Assembly: GCA_945830165.1 (NCBI GenBank)
Contig: CALZXR010000001.1
Coordinates: forward strand, 315 to 64,314
Length of the DNA stretch: 64,000 nt
Direction: 5' to 3'
Origin: an uncultured Lachnospiraceae bacterium
GTDB taxonomy: Bacteria > Bacillota > Clostridia > Lachnospirales > Lachnospiraceae
Positions 8,770 to 18,184 of this stretch are shown piece by piece; position 1 is the stretch's first letter; each line of letters opens with the position of its first letter. Under the pieces are notes generated by a model, which saw only the letters and a list, made by a program, of their open reading frames with translations, did not search any database and had not been told where the DNA came from. A program made the position numbers and the translations under genes.

Positions 8770-10011
8770 TCAATAATGCCGGCCGGCCTGCTCTCGTTCT
8801 TTCCGGATCCTTTCCAGCTTTCGTTGACGTTCCCTTTTCACGGACAAATATCTGGTATAAATGCCTCCTGCGATCCCTGCAGCAAGCAGCAGAAGAATAC
8901 TCCCGGCAACCCATCCTTTGCCGCTGCCTCCACGTTCCTCCTGTGCGGATGAGGCATCCGGACTTTCATCTTCCTGCGTTGTCCGGAACTCTTCTGTTTT
9001 TTTATCTTCTGATTCTTTTGCTTCCTGTGTGTCTTTACTCTGACCCACATCGGCCTTTATCTGATTTTTTGCATCTTTTGCCGCATCAGACGGGGAAAAG
9101 TTATATGGAACTACAGTTTTATAAATACAGAATGTCCTTCTTCCGTCCGCATAATCAAGATTGACGACTGCGGCAAATGCTCCCGCACCCAATTCGCAGA
9201 TTGATTCCGGCTCGTCCGATACCACATTTTCAAACGGAAATGTTAATTTTGACGCAGATACCATTTGTTTTCTGGAAATGGAATACATCTGGATATAATC
9301 TCCTATTCCCATGTTAAGGGTAAGCGGAAAATTGATGATATAATCACCACTCACACATAAATCCTGAAAATTATATCCGACACAAGTATCCTCATATTTC
9401 CCCAAGTCTTCTGTCACTCTGAACTGGCTGTCCAGAATTTTAAAGCTGTAACCGCCGTCTGCATCGGTCTGGATCACGTACCTGTCATTTTCTTCGTCAT
9501 ACCCGATTCCCAGGATATTATATTCATCGGAAATCTTTTCTTTTGCTTTTAAAGTAAACGTGTCCGCATCCACCCGGTAAATCGCCCCTCTGTTTTCAGC
9601 CGAGGAATTGATATACAGTGCAACAAGAATTTCTCTGGTCTTTGGATTATATGTCATCCCGTTTGCATGCTCATATTCCAGGTTTTCTACGCGCTTTGCC
9701 AGGGAATAACGTTCGACCGGATTCCCATCCTCATCCGTATCATTGCGGTAATATGCCCGGATGACATCAAGCTCTTGTGATAAATCCGAAGAGTTTTCAA
9801 GACATATGATGTAATCCTCTGTCACGCACATGGACTGGACTATGCCGTACTCCCCGTCAATATCATCTTCAATTATCTTCTCCCAAACTGCACCTTCAAA
9901 TGCATTGTCTGATGCGATTTCCGCCCGTGCATCCATCGGCACAGAGCAGAAAAGAAACAACAACATACCTAAAAGGTACGAAATCACTACTCCCCTGTTC
10001 ACAGTTTCCAT
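8770..10011 (-). CDS. Exported, C-terminally membrane-anchored hypothetical protein, probable beta-propeller
   Basis: 413 aa; N-terminal hydrophobic signal, beta-rich repeats (QSMCVT, HANGMTYNP, FQDLCVS, EPESIC), acidic linker, TM helix and basic tail. Confidence 0.75.
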   Translation of the reverse strand: METVNRGVVISYLLGMLLFLFCSVPMDARAEIASDNAFEGAVWEKIIEDDIDGEYGIVQSMCVTEDYIICLENSSDLSQELDVIRAYYRNDTDEDGNPVERYSLAKRVENLEYEHANGMTYNPKTREILVALYINSSAENRGAIYRVDADTFTLKAKEKISDEYNILGIGYDEENDRYVIQTDADGGYSFKILDSQFRVTEDLGKYEDTCVGYNFQDLCVSGDYIINFPLTLNMGIGDYIQMYSISRKQMVSASKLTFPFENVVSDEPESICELGAGAFAAVVNLDYADGRRTFCIYKTVVPYNFSPSDAAKDAKNQIKADVGQSKDTQEAKESEDKKTEEFRTTQEDESPDASSAQEERGGSGKGWVAGSILLLLAAGIAGGIYTRYLSVKRERQRKLERIRKEREQAGRHY

Positions 10012-10143
10012 ACTCCCGAAAAAAAATATATTTTCAGCTCCGTCTGAAAAGGCGGAAGCATTCTCCCCTGAAATAAATCTTACCCGTCTGATATCATAAC
10101 ATTATGTTAAATTATTGTAAACAAAATTAACGAAATTTTCACC

Positions 10144-10173
10144 TTGACAAAATTATCCTCATGATGTTATGAT
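10144..10173 (+). promoter_or_regulatory. SigA-type promoter of the PTS operon
   Basis: TTGACA (10144-49), 18 nt, TG-n-TATGAT (10168-73). Confidence 0.75.
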
Positions 10174-10185
10174 TTCATCAGATAT

Positions 10186-10275
10186 GGTGTGTAACTTGTT
10201 ATTTTACGAATATTATTATGTATACTTTTTATAATATTATTACTAATATTCTTCTGAATGAACGAGGCATGAACC
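10186..10275 (+). promoter_or_regulatory. RAT (BglG/SacY/GlcT ribonucleic antiterminator) with enlarged apical loop
   Basis: 5' arm GGTGTGTAACT and 3' arm GAGGCATGAACC resemble RAT arms; upstream of a PTS gene followed by a CAT-PRD antiterminator gene. Confidence 0.7.
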
Positions 10276-10320
10276 GTACATAAATACTTTGGATGTTTAT
10301 GTGGGTTTGTGTCTCTTTTT
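10264..10320 (+). terminator. Conditional terminator overlapping the RAT 3' arm
   Basis: GAGGCATGAACC (10264-75) pairs with GGTTTGTGTCTC (10304-15) using three G-U pairs, with an inner ACATAAA/TTTATGT stem, then TTTTT. Confidence 0.8.
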
Positions 10321-10328
10321 ATTTGTCC

Positions 10329-10487
10329 ACAGTTCAGCCATAATCGAAATAGTGAGCGAATCGTGCTTGCATGAATGAGCGACCGAATTCGATTATGAGC
10401 TTAGCGCCCGTTAATGAGAAAAAAAAACTGCTTTTGCAGCGGAGAAGCATCGAAGATGCGTTTTTCGAATGGCGCGGGCTGAATTGT
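10329..10487. repeat. Structured dispersed repeat, Clostridiales-1 RNA motif-like
   Basis: Terminal inverted repeats ACAGTTCAGCC / GGCTGAATTGT (10/11), nested stems ATAATCGAA/TTCGATTAT and GCATCGAAGATGC; partial second copy at 17291-17343. Family name is from recollection of Rfam RF01699, not a search. Confidence 0.6.
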
Positions 10488-10547
10488 TGCCAATACGAAC
10501 CCCCACAGACATCCGCCAAAAAAATTTTAAAAAAAGGAGAAAAGAAA

Positions 10548-12680
10548 ATGAAAGACAAAATTTTTGGTGTTCTTCAGCGTGTGGGCCGCTCTTTTATGCT
10601 CCCCATTGCTATCCTTCCGGTTGCCGGACTTCTTCTCGGCGTCGGCGGATCTCTCACAAATGAGACTATGTTGGAAACTTATGGCCTGCTCGGTATCATG
10701 GGCCCGGGAACCGTTCCTTATTCCATTTTTGAAGTAATGAGCGAAGCCGGCAACATTGTATTCACTAACCTTCCTATTATTTTTGCGATGGGCGTTGCGA
10801 TCGGCATGGCAAAAAAAGAAAAGGAAGTCGCGGCACTCTCTGCGGCAATCGCATTTTTTATCATGCACGCTTCCATCGGTGCCCTGATTACACTTAACGG
10901 CGGTCCGGAAAGCATGTTAAACGGTGCAACCACATCCGTCTGCGGTATCACATCTCTGCAGATCGGTGTTTTCGGAGGTATCATTGTCGGTCTGGGCGTA
11001 GCTGCACTGCACAATCGTTTCTATAAAATCCAGCTGCCACAGGTACTTTCCTTCTTTGGCGGAACGCGATTTGTGCCGATCATCTCAGCCCTTGTATATA
11101 CCGGCGTCGGTATCCTGATGTTCTATATATGGCCGGTTATCCAGTCCGGTATTTACGCAGTAGGAAATGTTGTACTCGAATCCGGATATTTCGGAACCTG
11201 GGTATATGGTCTGATGGAACGTCTTCTGATCCCGTTCGGACTGCATCACGTATTCTATCTTCCGTTCTGGCAGACGGCACTCGGCGGAACAATGGAAGTG
11301 GGCGGAGTCCTTGTAGAAGGTGCACAGAATATTTTCTTTGCACAGCTTGCAGACCCTACCGTTACTAGATTTGCCGTATCTGCGACACGGTTTATGTCCG
11401 GTAAGTTCCCACTGATGATTTTCGGTCTTCCGGGAGCCGCACTTGCCATGTACAGAACTGCAAAGCCGGAAAAACGTAAAGAAGTCGGCGGACTTCTTCT
11501 GTCTGCTGCCCTGACATCAATGCTGACAGGTATCACGGAGCCTCTTGAATTTACATTCCTGTTTGTCGCTCCTCTTCTGTATGGTATCCATTGTGTCTTT
11601 GCCGGACTTGCTTATATGCTGATGCATGTCTTCCAGGTCGGTGTGGGCATGACCTTCTCCGGTGGATTCATTGACCTGTTCCTGTTCGGTATTCTTCAGG
11701 GAAATGCAAAAACAAACTGGATCTGGGTTGTTATCGTCGGAATTGTTTACTTCATTGTTTACTATTTCTTATTCAGCTTCCTGATTGTAAAAATGGATTT
11801 AAAAACCCCTGGACGAGATGACTCAAGTGAAGTAAAATTATATCGTAGAAGTGATGTTGAAGCAAAGAAAAAAGACGGCTCTGCGGCAGGCTCAGAAGAA
11901 GATTATCTTTCAGCAGCTATCTGCCAGGGACTTGGCGGAAAGAAAAATATTTCCGATGTTGACTGCTGTGCAACCAGACTGCGCTGCACGGTCTTCAAAG
12001 CCGATCTGGTAAATGATGACCTCCTGAAATCTACCGGGGCTTCCGGTGTTGTCCACAAAGGGAACGGCGTCCAGCTTATTTACGGGCCGCGAGTAACAGT
12101 TATCAAATCAAATCTGGAAGATTACCTGGAAACCGCACCGGATGAAGAAGTGGTTCCTGTGGCTGTTAAATCTGCTGAGAAAGAAGACAGTGCTGATCTT
12201 TCCGGGAAAAAGGTTGCAAAAACGATCCTCATTTCCAGCCCGATCAGCGGTAACGCTGCTGACCTTTCCACTGCACCGGATGAAGCCTTTGCCCAGAAGA
12301 TGATGGGAGACGGGGTTGTTGTAACTCCAGAAAAGAATATCGTGCGGGCACCTGAAGACGGAGAAGTTTGTTTTGTATTTGAAACTAAACACGCTGTCGG
12401 ATTCATGACCGATTCAGGTGTAAGTCTTCTTATTCATGTGGGAATTGACACCGTTGAGCTGAAAGGAAACGGATTCAAAACACTTGTAGAAAACGGACAA
12501 AAGGTAAAAAAAGGAGATCCGCTTCTGGAGCTTGATCTCGCGTACCTGAAAGAAAATGCACGTTCTCTTGTTTCACCGGTACTTTGCACAGAACTGGAGG
12601 ACAACCAGAAAGTACGTCTTATCGCAGACGGACATATAGAAGCCGGAGAAACACTTTTTGCTGTAGATTGTTACGAATAA
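10548..12680 (+). CDS. PTS glucose/glucoside-family transporter, IICBA fusion
   Basis: LQRVGRSFMLP, GITEPLEF (IIC), DVDCCATRLR (IIB phospho-Cys), LLIHVGIDT (IIA phospho-His). Start at ATG 10548 after AAGGAG. Confidence 0.93.
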   Translation: MKDKIFGVLQRVGRSFMLPIAILPVAGLLLGVGGSLTNETMLETYGLLGIMGPGTVPYSIFEVMSEAGNIVFTNLPIIFAMGVAIGMAKKEKEVAALSAAIAFFIMHASIGALITLNGGPESMLNGATTSVCGITSLQIGVFGGIIVGLGVAALHNRFYKIQLPQVLSFFGGTRFVPIISALVYTGVGILMFYIWPVIQSGIYAVGNVVLESGYFGTWVYGLMERLLIPFGLHHVFYLPFWQTALGGTMEVGGVLVEGAQNIFFAQLADPTVTRFAVSATRFMSGKFPLMIFGLPGAALAMYRTAKPEKRKEVGGLLLSAALTSMLTGITEPLEFTFLFVAPLLYGIHCVFAGLAYMLMHVFQVGVGMTFSGGFIDLFLFGILQGNAKTNWIWVVIVGIVYFIVYYFLFSFLIVKMDLKTPGRDDSSEVKLYRRSDVEAKKKDGSAAGSEEDYLSAAICQGLGGKKNISDVDCCATRLRCTVFKADLVNDDLLKSTGASGVVHKGNGVQLIYGPRVTVIKSNLEDYLETAPDEEVVPVAVKSAEKEDSADLSGKKVAKTILISSPISGNAADLSTAPDEAFAQKMMGDGVVVTPEKNIVRAPEDGEVCFVFETKHAVGFMTDSGVSLLIHVGIDTVELKGNGFKTLVENGQKVKKGDPLLELDLAYLKENARSLVSPVLCTELEDNQKVRLIADGHIEAGETLFAVDCYE

Positions 12681-13516
12681 AGAAAGTACCTAACAATAAT
12701 ACCGTTATCGGCATACATGTCGATAACAATCAGGAATATCTGATTATGGGAAAAGGCATCGGATTCGGAAAAAAGATATCGGAAAGATTTTCCTGCCGGG
12801 CCAATGACACAGTTTATTCCCTGCAGGTATCCTCGGAACGGGGGGATTTCCGGGAGATGGCCTGTACCATCCAGCCGGTTTTTCTTGAAATTGCCGGACA
12901 GATATTGGATGAAGCCGAAAAAGTATTTCATCCTATAGATCGAAACATATTATTCCCCATGGCCGACCATATTGAATTTGCAGTTAAACGAATTCGGAAT
13001 AAGGAACAGATCAGTAATCCTCTGACCGATGATATCCGTGTATTGTTTTATATGGAATTTAAAACGGCTGAATGTATCCGTACTATTTTAAAAGAGAAGA
13101 TGGATGTAGAAATCTGCGATGATGAAATCAGCTATATCGCACTGCACATTCATTCTGCAATCCAGGATGAAAAGATTTCTGAAGCAATGCAGATGGCTAA
13201 GACTGTCAGACAATGTATATCGCTGGTAGAGCAAAAGACAGGCAGGCCGATTGACGTTATGTCACTGTCGTACAATCGTCTTATGAATCATGTCCGCTAT
13301 ATGATTGCGAGGACACTCAGCGGGGAGGAACTGAAATTGAATATGAATGATTATATGCTCGTAAAATTTCCTCAGTCCTTCCAACTGGCAAAATTTATCT
13401 GTGATGAAACCGGACGCAGCCTGAAGCGGAAACTTTCAGAAGCAGAAATAGGTTACCTGGCCATGCATATCGAACGGGTAGCCTGCGATGTACTTGGTTC
13501 GGAATCCGTTGAATAA
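12668..13516 (+). CDS. BglG/LicT/GlcT-family transcriptional antiterminator (CAT-PRD-PRD)
   Basis: RIKKVPNNN...GKGIGFGKK CAT domain; ADHIEFA, IALHIH, HVRYM and LAMHIER PRD histidines. TTG start at 12668 is inferred. Confidence 0.88.
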   Translation: MLRIKKVPNNNTVIGIHVDNNQEYLIMGKGIGFGKKISERFSCRANDTVYSLQVSSERGDFREMACTIQPVFLEIAGQILDEAEKVFHPIDRNILFPMADHIEFAVKRIRNKEQISNPLTDDIRVLFYMEFKTAECIRTILKEKMDVEICDDEISYIALHIHSAIQDEKISEAMQMAKTVRQCISLVEQKTGRPIDVMSLSYNRLMNHVRYMIARTLSGEELKLNMNDYMLVKFPQSFQLAKFICDETGRSLKRKLSEAEIGYLAMHIERVACDVLGSESVE

Positions 13517-13617
13517 TGCTTCACGGCATAAATGCAAAACACATAAATGTACAAATGACTGCAGGAAGCCGACATTTTAAATTTCCTGTCCATCGTTTGA
13601 TAAGTAAGAAAAAGCCA

Positions 13618-13642
13618 CAGCCCGGACATGACTGCCGGGCTG
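13618..13642. terminator. Hairpin between the convergent antiterminator gene and ilvE
   Basis: CAGCCCGG / CCGGGCTG, followed by a T-rich tract on the minus strand. Confidence 0.65.
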
Positions 13643-13677
13643 AACTGTTACTCTTATTTAATTATCTTTTGTGATTC

Positions 13678-14703
13678 TTATTCAATCACACGGATCCAGC
13701 CTTCCGGCGCTTCAATGCGTCCCATCTGGATACCGGTCAGTGTATCATAGAGTTTCTGAGTCGTCGGTCCCATCTTCTCCATTCCGCTCGGGAAGCAGAT
13801 TTCTTCTCCGTGATTTACGATTTTACCGACCGGAGAAATAACTGCTGCTGTTCCGCACAGACCACATTCGGCAAAATCTTTTACCTCGTCAAAATATACT
13901 TCTCTTTCTTCAACTTCCAGTCCGAGATAATGCTGTGCAACATACATCAGCGACCTTCTGGTGATAGATGGGAGGATCGTATCGGAATGTGGTGTCACGA
14001 TCTTATTATCCTTTGTCACAAACAGGAAGTTAGCCCCGCCTGTCTCTTCCACTTTTGTTCTTGTTGCGGAATCAAGGTACATATTCTCATCATATCCGTT
14101 CGCGTGTGCAGTTACAATTGCATGAAGGCTCATCGCATAATTCAGACCTGCTTTAATATGTCCGGTTCCATGCGGAGCCGCACGGTCAAAATCCGAAACA
14201 CAAAGTGTAAGCGGTTTTGCTCCGCCTTTAAAATACGGCCCTACCGGAGTAGCAAATACACGGAACTGATATTCAGATGCCGGCTTAACTCCGATTACTG
14301 CATTTGTTCCGAAAATATATGGCCTGATATAAAGTGTCGCGCCTGTTCCGTACGGCGGCACATAAGCGGCATTTGCCTTAACTACCTGTGTGACTGCATC
14401 TAGGAACTTCTCTTCCGGAACAACAGGCATTTCAAGCCTTTTTGCGGAATCTGCAAGACGGGATGCATTCAGGTCAGGACGGAATACCACGATGTGCCCG
14501 TCTTCTGTCGTATAGGCCTTCAGGCCTTCAAATACCGTCTGTGCATACTGAAGAACGCCTGCACACTCCGAAAGTGTAACTGTAGCATCTTCTGTCAGAA
14601 CCCCCTCATCCCATGCGCCATTTTTATAGTCTGACACATAACGTTTCTCCGTCGAAATATAGCCAAATCCAAGATTACTCCAGTCAATATTTTTCTTTTC
14701 CAT
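13678..14703 (-). CDS. ilvE: Branched-chain amino acid aminotransferase
   Basis: LQYAQTVFEGLKAY, FRPDLN, HIKAGLNY (PLP Lys), ILPSITRRS. Confidence 0.95.
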   Translation of the reverse strand: MEKKNIDWSNLGFGYISTEKRYVSDYKNGAWDEGVLTEDATVTLSECAGVLQYAQTVFEGLKAYTTEDGHIVVFRPDLNASRLADSAKRLEMPVVPEEKFLDAVTQVVKANAAYVPPYGTGATLYIRPYIFGTNAVIGVKPASEYQFRVFATPVGPYFKGGAKPLTLCVSDFDRAAPHGTGHIKAGLNYAMSLHAIVTAHANGYDENMYLDSATRTKVEETGGANFLFVTKDNKIVTPHSDTILPSITRRSLMYVAQHYLGLEVEEREVYFDEVKDFAECGLCGTAAVISPVGKIVNHGEEICFPSGMEKMGPTTQKLYDTLTGIQMGRIEAPEGWIRVIE

Positions 14704-14830
14704 TTGTATGTCCTCCATTCCTATCGAAAACACGAACTAAATTCACTGCGTCAATTATAATACTACTCCGACGAAAAATCAAGAGTGCACTCTGTTTTTT
14801 GATAACTGTGGCGGAACCATGCTTTATTTA

Positions 14831-15340
14831 TCACCGTTCCATCATACTGATGGATTCGATTCCCACGCTTCCTCCGCGGACAACTTCAATGTCTGTGAAC
14901 TCTTCTTTTATAAGCTTAATAACTGCATCATTTTTCGTCGCCGTCTGTACGAATTCCAGCAGAAGGCTGTCAGGTCCCCGGTCAATTACCCTGGCTTTGT
15001 AAGTTTCGGCGATCTGGTGCAGCTCAACTTTATCCTCGCGGCTCAGTTTTCTCACCTTTACATAAAGTATTTCTTTCATTCTCACAAAAATATCGGTAAA
15101 ATCGATCACTTTGATCACTTCTACAAGGCGGTTGAGCTGCTTTTTTATCTGCTCAAACGTTTCATCATCGCTGACGGTCGCAATCGTCATCCTTGATACA
15201 GTGGGATCTTCTGTCGTCCCGACTGTCAGGCTGTCCAGATTGTAAGATTTTCCGGAGAACAGCCCGGAAATTTTGGAAAGTACGCCCACCTGATTTTCTA
15301 CATACAATGAAATCCATCTCTTTTTGATTGTATTATCCAT
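14831..15340 (-). CDS. ilvN: Acetolactate synthase small regulatory subunit
   Basis: ACT domain ENQVGVLSKISGLFS, NLDSLTVG, QIKKQLNRLVEV; start at ATG 15340. Confidence 0.93.
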   Translation of the reverse strand: MDNTIKKRWISLYVENQVGVLSKISGLFSGKSYNLDSLTVGTTEDPTVSRMTIATVSDDETFEQIKKQLNRLVEVIKVIDFTDIFVRMKEILYVKVRKLSREDKVELHQIAETYKARVIDRGPDSLLLEFVQTATKNDAVIKLIKEEFTDIEVVRGGSVGIESISMMER

Positions 15341-15433
15341 GTCAATCCCTCTCGTTTCCCTGTTTCTTCCATCCTGCAGGTCCGAACGAACTTGTCTGCC
15401 GTTATCCAGTTCCCGAACTCTGCTTTCGCGCAA

Positions 15434-17152
15434 TCAACACTCTATAATCATTTCTTCCAGAGTTCCGCCCGGCTGAATCATCGGAAATACCATTTCCTCC
15501 GGGTCGATAATAAATTCAATCAATGTCGGAACTTTTGTATTTTTCTTTGCTTCTTCAAATGCCGCTGCAATATCCTCTCGTTTTTCCACGCGGATTCCTT
15601 TTGCACCGTAGCTTTCTGCCAGCTTTATGAAATCCGGAGTATATGCAGGCTTCTCCTCTCCGTTTGTCCTGCGTGTAAGCGCACCGGCACGAAGATCTGT
15701 CATGCTGTAACGCTTTCCGTAAAACAGCTTCTGCCACTGACGTACCATACCAAGATATGTGTTGTTAAATACACACAGGATCAAAGGCAGCTCTTCCAGA
15801 ACAGCCGTCGCAAACTCCTGAATATTCATCTGCATGCCCCCGTCACCGGAAATTGCAATGACCGGAATGTCCGGATTGCCAAGCTGAGCGCCCACCGCGC
15901 CGGGAAAGCCATATCCCATAGTTCCCAGTCCGCCTGACATTACTAATTTTTTATTTTCATTCACTTCTAAATACTGTGCCACGAACATCTGGTGCTGCCC
16001 CACGTCAGTCACCACGATTGCTTTATCAAACTGGCGGTTGATCTCATCAATAATGTCTTTTGGCCCCATCGTCCTGTGCTGCCGCATCGTCAGCGGATGC
16101 TCATGCTCCCAGACACTGATCTCATCCAGCCATTTTTTCGTATCGCATTCATGCACATATTCATTCATTTTGGAAACGGCAGCCCATGCATCCCCTACGA
16201 TCGGCACATCTACATGAATATTTCTGGAAATAGATGCCGGATCAATATCAATATGTACGATCTGTGCATACGGTGCAAATGCATGAAGCTTTCCGGTAAT
16301 ACGGTCATTAAAACGTGTTCCTATAGAAAACAGCAGGTCGCACTCGCTGACCGCCATATTTGCCGCATATGCGCCATGCATACCCAGATTGCCGATAAAC
16401 AGCGGATGATCTGTCGGGATTGCACCGCGCCCCATTACAGTCGTAACGACAGGAACTTTAGTTTTTTCGACAACCTCGCGGAAAACTTCATTTGCTCCTG
16501 CAATATTCACTCCTCCGCCTGCAAGAAGCAGCGGCCGCTCCGCCTCTCCCAGCATCTTGATCGCACGCTTCAGCTGACCGATATGTACATTGGTATTAGG
16601 TTTATATCCCCGGATATTCACGGTTCTGGGATATTCCGCAGAGCCCAGCTCTGCCATGACATCTTTAGGAAGGTCAATAAGCACCGGTCCCGGACGCCCC
16701 GTCTTAGCTATATAGAATGCTTCTTTTATAATTCTTCCCAGGTCTTCTCTTCTGCGGACAGTCACACCGTATTTCGTAATACTTCTCGTAATCCCTACGA
16801 TGTCGACCTCCTGAAATGCATCATTACCGATCAGGTTTCTGGCAACCTGCCCGGTAAAACACACAAGCGGCACACTGTCAATATTTGCCGTTGCAAGGCC
16901 TGTCACAAGGTTCGTCGCCCCCGGTCCGCTGGTCACAAGACAGACACCGACTTTACCTGTTGTGCGGGCATATGCGTCCGCTGCATGTACCAGAGCCTGT
17001 TCATGTCTCGGAAGAATGACACGGATGTCGCTCTGTTTGTAAAGTTCATCGCTGATATCAATGGTACAGGCACCCGGATATCCAAACAAAGTATCTACAT
17101 GTTCCTCTTTCAATGCCTTTACCAGTAATTTATTCCCTGAAATCTGTTTCAT
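15434..17152 (-). CDS. ilvB: Acetolactate synthase large subunit
   Basis: FGYPG, RHEQ, TSGPGATN, DVGQHQM, GDGGMQMN ThDP motif. Confidence 0.96.
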   Translation of the reverse strand: MKQISGNKLLVKALKEEHVDTLFGYPGACTIDISDELYKQSDIRVILPRHEQALVHAADAYARTTGKVGVCLVTSGPGATNLVTGLATANIDSVPLVCFTGQVARNLIGNDAFQEVDIVGITRSITKYGVTVRRREDLGRIIKEAFYIAKTGRPGPVLIDLPKDVMAELGSAEYPRTVNIRGYKPNTNVHIGQLKRAIKMLGEAERPLLLAGGGVNIAGANEVFREVVEKTKVPVVTTVMGRGAIPTDHPLFIGNLGMHGAYAANMAVSECDLLFSIGTRFNDRITGKLHAFAPYAQIVHIDIDPASISRNIHVDVPIVGDAWAAVSKMNEYVHECDTKKWLDEISVWEHEHPLTMRQHRTMGPKDIIDEINRQFDKAIVVTDVGQHQMFVAQYLEVNENKKLVMSGGLGTMGYGFPGAVGAQLGNPDIPVIAISGDGGMQMNIQEFATAVLEELPLILCVFNNTYLGMVRQWQKLFYGKRYSMTDLRAGALTRRTNGEEKPAYTPDFIKLAESYGAKGIRVEKREDIAAAFEEAKKNTKVPTLIEFIIDPEEMVFPMIQPGGTLEEMIIEC

Positions 17153-17221
17153 GAAAACCTCCTGAGTATCAAAATACCCTAAGCTGTCACACAGCTTAGA
17201 GCATTGGGTTATTATTTCAAA

Positions 17222-17250
17222 ATTATAATAGGCAGGGCAAAATTTGTCAA
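17222..17250 (-). promoter_or_regulatory. SigA-type promoter of ilvBN
   Basis: Minus strand TTGACA (17250-45), 17 nt, TATAAT (17227-22). Confidence 0.8.
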
Positions 17251-17290
17251 CATTGATAACTTATCATATTATTGATAGATTTTATTCCTG

Positions 17291-17343
17291 ACAGTTCAGT
17301 CAATCACACTATCGTGGGCGAATCATGCTTTGCATGAATAAGC
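17291..17343. repeat. Truncated second copy of the Clostridiales-1-like repeat
   Basis: ACAGTTCAGTC-N12-GTGGGCGAATCATGCTTTGCATGAATAAGC matches 10329-10380 with identical spacing. Confidence 0.7.
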
Positions 17344-17353
17344 CCCCAATCCA

Positions 17354-18184
17354 TCATCTAATCTTCCGGCAGTTTCTCACTGCTCCGGCTGCTGTGTAAA
17401 TCCCCAGTATCACAAGATTTGCCATAACAACGCTTGCTCCTGCCGGTGTGGCACAAAAATAAGACACAGAGATTCCGATACAGAAGCACACAACCGATAC
17501 CACTGCCGAATTCAGAATTACGGAGCGGAATGTTTTGCACACACGCATAGATGTGAGTGCCGGAAAGATAATAAGGCTGGAAATCAAGAGCGTCCCCATC
17601 ATCCGCATGCCAAGAACAATAGTAACAGCCGTCAGCACGGCGATCAATGTATTATAAAGATTTGCTTTTACCCCGGTTGCAAGGGCAAATGTTTCATCGA
17701 ATGTGATAGCAAATATTTTATTATAAAAGAAAAGATACAAAACAAGCACAACAACCGACAATATCACGCACATTTTCACATCCTGGCTGCTCATGGCAAG
17801 AATACTTCCGAACATATAATTATATACATCAGTATTCATGCCGGTTGTCATGGAAATCACCATAACACCGATTGCAAGTGCACTGGTGGAAATCAATGCG
17901 ATTGCTGCATCGCCGTTCATTTTACTGTTGCCGTTTAAGCGCAGCAGAAGGACTGCCGCAACAACAACAACCGGTATTGCGACGGTAAGAGGTGCAACAT
18001 TACACGCCGCGGCGACCGCCAGAGCTCCGAACCCCACATGTGAAAGTCCGTCCCCGATCATGGAATACCGTTTCAGCACCAGACTTACTCCTAATAATGC
18101 CGAGCAGAGGGCCACCAGAATCCCTACCACAAATGCCCGTACCATGAATGGATAGGAAAGCATTTCTACTATTGTTTCTATCAT
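17354..18184 (-). CDS. znuB: Metal (Zn/Mn) ABC transporter permease, ZnuB/AdcB-like
   Basis: IGDGLSHVGF, LFFYNKIFAITFD, MGTLLISSL; multi-TM. Confidence 0.88.
   Translation of the reverse strand: MIETIVEMLSYPFMVRAFVVGILVALCSALLGVSLVLKRYSMIGDGLSHVGFGALAVAAACNVAPLTVAIPVVVVAAVLLLRLNGNSKMNGDAAIALISTSALAIGVMVISMTTGMNTDVYNYMFGSILAMSSQDVKMCVILSVVVLVLYLFFYNKIFAITFDETFALATGVKANLYNTLIAVLTAVTIVLGMRMMGTLLISSLIIFPALTSMRVCKTFRSVILNSAVVSVVCFCIGISVSYFCATPAGASVVMANLVILGIYTAAGAVRNCRKIR

Noticed and set aside
10371-10547. 59-aa N-terminal extension of the PTS protein read through the structured repeat
   Set aside because: No RBS at 10371, a strong AAGGAG precedes ATG 10548, and family members begin at MKDKIFG-like sequences.
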